Positions 58,525-64,000 of a stretch of DNA of 64,000 nucleotides are shown piece after piece. The stretch's first letter is position 1; every line of letters begins with the position of its first letter. The translations under genes and the position numbers were made by a program. The notes beneath the pieces are model-generated. The model saw nothing but the letters and a program-made list of their open reading frames with translations, had not been told where the DNA came from and did no database searches. This DNA comes from Deltaproteobacteria bacterium (GTDB taxonomy: Bacteria; Myxococcota_A; UBA796; UBA9615), in contig JAGSHC010000006.1 in NCBI GenBank assembly GCA_023954745.1, positions 508-64,507 of the forward strand, given 5' to 3'.

Positions 58525-59337
58525 GTGTACGCGCCCGCTTCGCTCTGGCCTCCGGGGGGACCGCTGCTCGTCGCGGGCCCCTGCGCCCTCGAGAGCGAGG
58601 CCATGGCTGTGCGTGTGGCATCCGAACTGGCCGCCCAGTGCGCCAGCCGAAACCTGCCCTTCGTGTTCAAGGCGAGCTTCGACAAGGCCAACCGGACCGC
58701 CGGCAGCTCGTACCGAGGCCCGGGATTGGACGAGGGGTTGAGGTGGCTGGACGCGGCCCGGGGCGCCGCTGACGTGCCGATCCTCACGGACGTACACCTC
58801 CCGTCGCAGTGCGCCATCGCCGCCGAGGTGGCCGACGTGCTTCAGATTCCCGCGTTCCTCAGCCGCCAGACCGACCTCCTCGCCGCCGCGGCGGCGACCG
58901 GGCGCGCCGTCAACCTCAAGAAGGGGCAGTTCCTGGCGCCCTGGCAGGTGAAGCCGGCGCTGACGAAGCTCTCCGCAGCGCCCCAGGTGTGGGTGACGGA
59001 GCGCGGTACGTCGTTCGGCCACGGAGACCTCGTCGTCGACTTCCGCTCGTTCGTCACGATGTCCGAGGCCACCTCGCGCCTGATCTTCGACGCCTCTCAC
59101 TCCGCCCAGACTCCTGGCGGAGGCGGGGACCGCTCGGCGGGGGACCGCCGGTGGATTCCCGTCCTCTCGCGTGCAGCCGCCGGCGCGGGGTACGACGGGC
59201 TCTATCTCGAGGTCCACCCCGACCCCGCCACGGCGCGCTCAGACCGCGATACCCAGTGGCCGCTCCACGAGGTGGGTCCGCTGCTCGATGCCTTCCTCGC
59301 GGTCCGCGCCGCCCGACTGAGCACCGCCTCCGCGTGA
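58525..59337 (+). CDS. kdsA: 3-deoxy-8-phosphooctulonate (KDO-8-P) synthase
   Basis: In-frame part of ORF 58279..59337. GTG 58525. LLVAGPCALES...FVFKASFDKANRTAGSSYRGPG...LTDVH...QIPAFLSRQTDL...FDASHS. Confidence 0.9.
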   Translation: MYAPASLWPPGGPLLVAGPCALESEAMAVRVASELAAQCASRNLPFVFKASFDKANRTAGSSYRGPGLDEGLRWLDAARGAADVPILTDVHLPSQCAIAAEVADVLQIPAFLSRQTDLLAAAAATGRAVNLKKGQFLAPWQVKPALTKLSAAPQVWVTERGTSFGHGDLVVDFRSFVTMSEATSRLIFDASHSAQTPGGGGDRSAGDRRWIPVLSRAAAGAGYDGLYLEVHPDPATARSDRDTQWPLHEVGPLLDAFLAVRAARLSTASA

Positions 59338-60518
59338 GCCCGCGCATCCTCTTCCTCGCCACGCGCGCCCCGTGGCCGCCCATCGGTGGAGACCGTCTCC
59401 GCACCTATCAGCTCTGCCGCGCCCTCGCTGGCCGCGGCCATCTCACCATCGTCTGCCTGGGAGATCCCGCAGAGCAGTCGAGCCTCGAGAGGGGTCTCCC
59501 CTTCGCGTCCTCCATCCGCGTGGTCCCCCTCCGGCGACCCGCCGCCGCGTGGAGAGTGGGGAGGGCGCTCCTCTCGGATGCTCCCATGCAGCAGGCTCTC
59601 TATGCCTCCCCTGCCGCGCGGGCCGCCGTCGCCGAAGAGTGTGCGCGGACCGACGTCGTGGTCGCCCACCTCCTCCGGACCCTGCCCTGGTTGCCAGCCC
59701 TCCACCCACCGTTGGTCCTCTGCCTGCAAGACGCCCTGGCAGCCCAGGCGAAGGAGGCGAGCCGAGCCCCCGGCCTCAGCGGAGGTTGGCGACGGGCCGC
59801 CCTGACCGTCGAACGACCACGTCTCGCGCAGGCGGAGATCGCTGGCGCCGCCCAGGCCCAACGGGTCACCGCCATCACCGAGCGAGACAGGGACGAGCTG
59901 ATCGCGGGCGGCGTGCCAGCCCACAAGCTCGTCGTCGTCCACGCCAGGGTCGAGCGGGTCGCCGACACGCCGAGTACGCCCGAGCCAGGGCGTATCGTCT
60001 TCTTCGGCAACCTGAGGACTGCCTCCAACCGGGACATGGCGCGGTGGCTCGCCCAGCGGGTGATTCCGATGGTGCGCACCCAGGAGCGCGATGCAGCGCT
60101 GCATATCTACGGCGTGGACGCCCCCCCGGAGGTGCGCCGGCTCGACGCCCTGGCGGGGGTCCATGTACACGGCGAGGTCGACGACATGAGCGTCGAAGTC
60201 GCCCGGGCATGGGTGACCGCCTGCCCCCTGCGCTTCGGGAGCGGTGTCCAGAACAAGGTCCTGGAGTCCCTCGCGGTCGGCACGCCCGTGGTGGCGACCC
60301 CCAGGGTGCTCCAGACCCTGCACCCCGATGCAGCCGCGGCCATGGACACCGGCACCCACGAGCGCTCCTTGGCCGTGGCCCTCGTGGAGCTCCTCCGCGA
60401 CAGAGCACGGCGTGACTCCCTCGGAGCGGCGGGCATCGCGTTCGTGCGGCGTCATCACGGCGAGGAGGTGTTCTCGCCCTTGCTCGATGCGGTGAGCCAG
60501 CTCGCGCCGAGGAGATGA
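59334..60518 (+). CDS. Glycosyltransferase family 1 (GT4-type)
   Basis: In-frame part of ORF 58809..60518. GTG 59334 forms a GTGA overlap with the kdsA stop. VSPRILFLATRAPWPPIGGDRLR...GSGVQNKVLESLAVGTPVVATP. Confidence 0.75.
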   Translation: MSPRILFLATRAPWPPIGGDRLRTYQLCRALAGRGHLTIVCLGDPAEQSSLERGLPFASSIRVVPLRRPAAAWRVGRALLSDAPMQQALYASPAARAAVAEECARTDVVVAHLLRTLPWLPALHPPLVLCLQDALAAQAKEASRAPGLSGGWRRAALTVERPRLAQAEIAGAAQAQRVTAITERDRDELIAGGVPAHKLVVVHARVERVADTPSTPEPGRIVFFGNLRTASNRDMARWLAQRVIPMVRTQERDAALHIYGVDAPPEVRRLDALAGVHVHGEVDDMSVEVARAWVTACPLRFGSGVQNKVLESLAVGTPVVATPRVLQTLHPDAAAAMDTGTHERSLAVALVELLRDRARRDSLGAAGIAFVRRHHGEEVFSPLLDAVSQLAPRR

Positions 60519-60536
60519 GCCCCAGGGGCTGCCTCC

Positions 60537-61439
60537 TCAGAGTTCCGTCGCGACCGCCTTGGGAGGAGGGGCATCGAGGGCGCCTGCGTCGGCCTTTCGG
60601 AGCACGGGGAGTCCCACGAGGGAGTTGCCGGCCACGAGCATCAGCCCGCTGAGAGTGGCCCCGTGCACGAGGACCGCTGTCTCCTGCCGGCTGAGCAGCA
60701 CCACGACGAGCACGCCAACCGCAGTGGCTGGGAGGGAGGCCAGGCACGCCACCACGAACAGGCGGCTCGGCGAGGGAGAACCGAGGCGCCGTCCGAACAG
60801 GACGCGATACAGGCCCACCAGGACGCCGATGAGCACAAGCTCCCAGAGCAGCAGGCCCGCCGTGATGAGCGCGCCGATGGTCAGGACCGTGCGGGGCATG
60901 GTGCGGCGAAACGCACTCACGAGCTCGGGACCGTCCACCGAGACCCTCGGTCCCAGAGCCTGGGTGACCTGACCCCACGGCAAGGCGAGGGGTACCGACC
61001 GGTCCTCGGTGTAGAGGAGCAACGCGCGGTCCCCGACCAGGACACGCGGGCGCTGGTCCTCGCCGGTCGCGGCTGGCGGCGCGGACGGCTCGGGGCGGGT
61101 GTCGAACAAGATGACGACCCGATCCGTCTCGATCAGACGGCCCGGAGCAGCCTCCACAGTCGCCCACCCATTCTCGATGTTCACCCGAGGCATGAACGAG
61201 ATGGCGCTGTCTTCCATCGCGTCGATGGTCCGTGAGAAGGACATCATCTGGACGGTGGCCACGAGGGCCGCCCCGAGAAGCAGTCCCAGCAGAAGCACCA
61301 CGAGGGCGAGCCCGCGGCTCGCGTCGGCGGCCCGCCGGTAGATCGAGAAACCGCGGAAGGGCCCAGCAAGCATTTCGAACACCCCCGGAGGCGCCGGTGG
61401 CGACGGGGTCGTGGGTCGGGTCGGCTCAGCGTCGGACAC
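60537..61439 (-). CDS. Hypothetical polytopic membrane protein
   Basis: 300 aa with several TM segments (LALVVLLLGLLLGAALVATV; LTIGALITAGLLLWELVLIGVLVGL; ...). No catalytic motif recognised. Confidence 0.55.
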   Translation of the reverse strand: MSDAEPTRPTTPSPPAPPGVFEMLAGPFRGFSIYRRAADASRGLALVVLLLGLLLGAALVATVQMMSFSRTIDAMEDSAISFMPRVNIENGWATVEAAPGRLIETDRVVILFDTRPEPSAPPAATGEDQRPRVLVGDRALLLYTEDRSVPLALPWGQVTQALGPRVSVDGPELVSAFRRTMPRTVLTIGALITAGLLLWELVLIGVLVGLYRVLFGRRLGSPSPSRLFVVACLASLPATAVGVLVVVLLSRQETAVLVHGATLSGLMLVAGNSLVGLPVLRKADAGALDAPPPKAVATEL

Positions 61440-61471
61440 GGGCGAAACCTAGCAGGACGAGTGGGGAGTGT

Positions 61472-61499
61472 TTGACATCGCAGGAGCGCCGGTTATGTT
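61472..61499 (+). promoter_or_regulatory. Sigma70-type promoter driving a near-leaderless transcript
   Basis: TTGACA (61472-61477), 16 nt spacer, TATGTT (61494-61499). The ATG of the mini-ORF lies 9 nt after the -10 element. Confidence 0.5.
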
Positions 61500-61508
61500 G
61501 CCCCGCAG

Positions 61509-61595
61509 ATGGCCATGCACGTCCACAACACCACCCTCCTCGCCGGCAACTGCGCTTGTTGTCGCTGCGCGTGTCTTTCGACCGGGGTGTGTTGA
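61509..61595 (+). CDS. 28-codon poly-Cys mini-ORF (putative leader peptide)
   Basis: ATG GCC ATG CAC ... TGT TGA encodes MAMHVHNTTLLAGNCACCRCACLSTGVC. The frame is GC3-rich while the other two frames are not. No SD. It is too short to appear in the ORF track. Confidence 0.55.
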   Translation: MAMHVHNTTLLAGNCACCRCACLSTGVC

Positions 61596-61659
61596 CGTTC
61601 GCTAGCTGAAAAGCGCGATTGTTTCGAGCCCGCCCCGGTCTGACCAGGGCGGGCTTTTT
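61582..61659 (+). terminator. Antiterminator arm (61582-61589) plus intrinsic terminator (61628-61659) in the 5' leader of the ATP-grasp gene
   Basis: Terminator GCCCGCCCCGG / CCAGGGCGGGC (10 bp, one mismatch) plus TTTTT (61655-61659). CCGGGGTG (61582-61589) is complementary to CGCCCCGG (61631-61638) in the terminator's 5' arm. Confidence 0.7.
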
Positions 61660-61719
61660 CGTGTCTGCCGTAACGACTCCTCCTCTCTTCTGACATCAAT
61701 CCTCCGATACGGAGACACC

Positions 61720-62703
61720 ATGACCCTTCCCACCGTCCACATCCTCTTCGAGAACCCCGCCTGGAACCCGCCCCTCACGGACGCGCTGGATGCCGCCGGA
61801 TTCCCTTACGAGCTCCACTACCTCGACGACGGCATCATCGACCCGTCCGTCCCCCCCGCCGAAGGCATCTGGATCAACCGCATCAGCCCAAGCTCGCACA
61901 CCCGTGAGCACGGCAGCACCGTGGCCATGGCCCGCGAGTGGCTCTTCTGGCTCGGCGTGCACGGCCGCGAGGTCATCAACGGCAGCCACGCCTTCGAGCT
62001 CGAGATGAGCAAGCTCCGCCAGGAGCTGGTGCTCCGCAAGTACGGCGTCAGGACCCCCCGCACGGTGCTGGCGACCGGCAAGGACAACCTCCTGCGTCTG
62101 GCGCGGACCTTCGAGGGTCCCTTCATCACGAAGCACAACCAGGGCGGCAAGGGCCTCGGGATCATGCTGTTCAACGATGCGGACGTCTTCGCGGACTACA
62201 TCGACAGCCCTGACTTCGACTGGGGGCCGGACGGAAAGATCATCCTCCAGCAGTACATCCAGCCGCCGGAGCCGTTCATCACGCGCGTCGAGCTGGTCGG
62301 AGACCGCTTCCTCTTCGCGATGCGCTCCCGCACCGACGACGGCTTCCAGCTGTGCCCGTCGGATGCCTGCCAGGTCCCGGCGACCAACCCCGCGGTGTGC
62401 CCCATCGACGGTGAGGCCGACGAGATGGCCGCCAACGACAGCAAGTTCTCGCTCGCGCCCATCGCCGCCGACGACCCCCTCGTTCAGCAGCTGCTCGCCC
62501 TCGTTCGTGGGGAGGACCTGCAGATCGCCGGCATCGAGTTCGTCGAAGACGCCAACGGCAACCGATACGTCTACGACATCAACGGCACGACGAACTACTC
62601 GGGCGTTCTCGGTCGCCAGATCGACGTGGACGGCATGACGGAGGTCGTGCGGTACCTCCGCGAGGTGATCGTGCCGCGCATGTCGCGCCGGGTCGCGGCC
62701 TAG
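61720..62703 (+). CDS. ATP-grasp family ligase (RimK-like), function unknown
   Basis: GPFITKHNQGGKGLGIMLF...IILQQYIQ...ITRVELVGDRF...IAGIEFVEDANGNRYVYDINGTTN. GGAGA SD. Confidence 0.75.
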   Translation: MTLPTVHILFENPAWNPPLTDALDAAGFPYELHYLDDGIIDPSVPPAEGIWINRISPSSHTREHGSTVAMAREWLFWLGVHGREVINGSHAFELEMSKLRQELVLRKYGVRTPRTVLATGKDNLLRLARTFEGPFITKHNQGGKGLGIMLFNDADVFADYIDSPDFDWGPDGKIILQQYIQPPEPFITRVELVGDRFLFAMRSRTDDGFQLCPSDACQVPATNPAVCPIDGEADEMAANDSKFSLAPIAADDPLVQQLLALVRGEDLQIAGIEFVEDANGNRYVYDINGTTNYSGVLGRQIDVDGMTEVVRYLREVIVPRMSRRVAA

Positions 62704-62749
62704 CGCGTCCCGGGAGCAGGGCGTGCCCCCCGCCTCTATGGTGGCCCGC

Positions 62750-63706
62750 ATGGACCGTGCCCTCTTCATCCTCCTCGCTCTGCTCCTCGGGGGTTGCCTC
62801 TCGCCGTTCGGTCTCGGTGACGACGACGACGTCGCAGCCAACGACGACGACGCCACGGGGGACGACGACGACGCGGCCGATGACGACGACGCGGCCGATG
62901 ACGACGACGCGTCCGATGACGACGACTCCGCCAGCGACGATGACGACGCCAGCGACGATGACGACGCCAGCGACGATGACGACGCCACCGCCGACGACGA
63001 CGACGCCACCGGGGACGACGACGACGCCACCGCCACGCCCCTGGCGTTCATCTACGCGCACACGGCGGACACGCTCTACACGGTGGACCCGACGACCTTC
63101 GCCACCACCGCGGTGGGCGCATTCACCGGGGCAAACTTCCTCAGCCCGGACATCACCGACATCGCCATCGACCCAGCCGGGAACATGTACGCCATCGGCT
63201 TCAGCGATGTGTACACCGTCGATCCAGTGACCGCGGCCCTTACGCATCTCGGCACGTACTTCGACTTCGGACCCAGCGTCAATGCGGCCACCTGCCTGCC
63301 CGACGGCACCCTCATCATCGGCGGCGCGGGGAACCTGTACGAAGCCAGCACGACCGCCGCCACGCGCACCCTCATCGGCACGGTGACAGGAGACTGGATC
63401 TACGCGGGCGACACCGTGGGGCTCCCCGATGGACTGCTCTACAACCTGATGGCGCAGACGGACCCGAGCAACCCAACGTCGCTGCTGACCATCGACGCCG
63501 CCACGATGGCCACGAACGTGCTCGGCGCGACGGGCCAGGGAGCGATGTTCGGCCTCGCGTATCACGCGGGGAACGACCTCGTGTACGGCTTCAACGAGAG
63601 CGGGGAGATCTTCACCATCGACCCTCTCACGGGCGCCGCGACACTCCAGGCGTCCACCGGCCTCGCCTTTTGGGGCGCCACTACGAACCCCGCGCGGTGG
63701 CAGTAG
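62750..63706 (+). CDS. Lipoprotein with a ~70-aa poly-Asp repeat region and a beta-rich C-terminal domain
   Basis: In-frame part of ORF 62723..63706. Lipobox LLALLLGGC at ATG 62750, (DDDDA[AST])n repeats, then repeated ...LYTVDP / VYTVDP / IFTIDP blades. Confidence 0.65.
   Translation: MDRALFILLALLLGGCLSPFGLGDDDDVAANDDDATGDDDDAADDDDAADDDDASDDDDSASDDDDASDDDDASDDDDATADDDDATGDDDDATATPLAFIYAHTADTLYTVDPTTFATTAVGAFTGANFLSPDITDIAIDPAGNMYAIGFSDVYTVDPVTAALTHLGTYFDFGPSVNAATCLPDGTLIIGGAGNLYEASTTAATRTLIGTVTGDWIYAGDTVGLPDGLLYNLMAQTDPSNPTSLLTIDAATMATNVLGATGQGAMFGLAYHAGNDLVYGFNESGEIFTIDPLTGAATLQASTGLAFWGATTNPARWQ
62819..63025 (+). repeat. In-frame 18-bp-type tandem repeats encoding poly-Asp (DDDDAx)
   Basis: GAC/GAT runs interrupted by GCx-xxx codons, about 11 units. 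Several adjacent units are identical (GACGATGACGACGCCAGC three times; GATGACGACGACGCGGCC twice). Confidence 0.9.
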
Positions 63707-63759
63707 TGACCGACGGACTCGCCACCAGCGGCGACGCGCAGCGTCGAGGCCCTCTTCTC

Positions 63760-64000
63760 GTGTCCGACCTCATGACGCGGGGGGTGCGCACCCTCGGCCC
63801 CACGGGAAACCTCGCCGAGGTGAGTGACCTCATGAGCACCTACCGCATTCGGCACGTGCCCGTGGTCGACAGCGAGTGCCGCATCCTGGGAATCGTGAGC
63901 CAGCGGGACCTGCTCCGCGGCGCCCTCGGTGGGGGGAGCGACTTGCCCGCGAGCATCCAGCGCGCCTATCTGCGCAGCATTCCCATCGACGAGGTCATGG
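63760..64000 (+). CDS. CBS-domain protein (5' part; continues beyond the window)
   Basis: My translation gives VSDLMTRGVRTLGPTGNLAEVSDLMSTYRIRHVPVVDSECRILGIVSQRDLL... The start may instead be GTG 63706, which overlaps the upstream TAG. Confidence 0.7.
   Translation, partial: MSDLMTRGVRTLGPTGNLAEVSDLMSTYRIRHVPVVDSECRILGIVSQRDLLRGALGGGSDLPASIQRAYLRSIPIDEVM

Noticed and set aside
61495-61605. Alternative 36-codon ORF (MLPRRWPCTSTTPPSS...) with a GGAG 8 nt upstream, overlapping the poly-Cys mini-ORF in another frame.
   Set aside because: Its ATG lies inside the predicted -10 element, so it would not be on the transcript. Its third codon positions are not GC-rich, unlike the poly-Cys frame.

Overview
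This is a high-GC (about 65%) chromosomal segment. All calls rest on motif recognition, synteny and codon bias (GC3) read from the sequence; no database search was run. Gene content and order suggest a Myxococcota- or Bradymonadia-type deltaproteobacterium. The pointers are an eight-gene Glt/Nfs-type envelope cluster, a Myxococcus-like pilB-pilT-pilC-pilS-pilR-pilA order, a bactofilin, and a Ser/Thr kinase fused to an FGE-sulfatase domain. I call about 50 protein genes, one tRNA-Cys, and no mobile elements or CRISPR arrays.

Left to right the window holds:
- a PBP1A 5' part plus two glycosyltransferases (minus strand)
- tRNA-Cys with a consensus promoter and a terminator
- a translationally coupled operon: exbB, exbD, tonB, a TonB-dependent-receptor-type barrel with two TonB-C-like domains, and a lipoprotein
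- a contiguous gltA-H/nfsA-H-like cluster (10.6-24.6 kb), followed by a surface lipoprotein
- a stand-alone rplC
- a minus-strand block: guaB, scoA, scoB and a degenerate RecQ-like protein
- tatT, a fused TRAP permease, a lysophospholipase and a bactofilin
- nadB, an SLT transglycosylase and pgsA
- a type IV pilus locus interrupted by a kinase, a second pilin, an FHA membrane protein and a TMTC/PMT-like membrane protein
- a kdsA/glycosyltransferase block
- a small regulatory unit in front of an ATP-grasp gene

That last unit is the most unusual signal. It is a near-leaderless 28-codon poly-Cys mini-ORF with an antiterminator/terminator pair, which looks like a cysteine-sensing attenuator.

Other recurring oddities are poly-Asp tracts right after the signal peptides of many secreted proteins, four TonB-C-like modules, and near-perfect in-frame tandem DNA repeats. 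Many long ORFs in the track are antisense shadows typical of high-GC DNA, and I rejected them.
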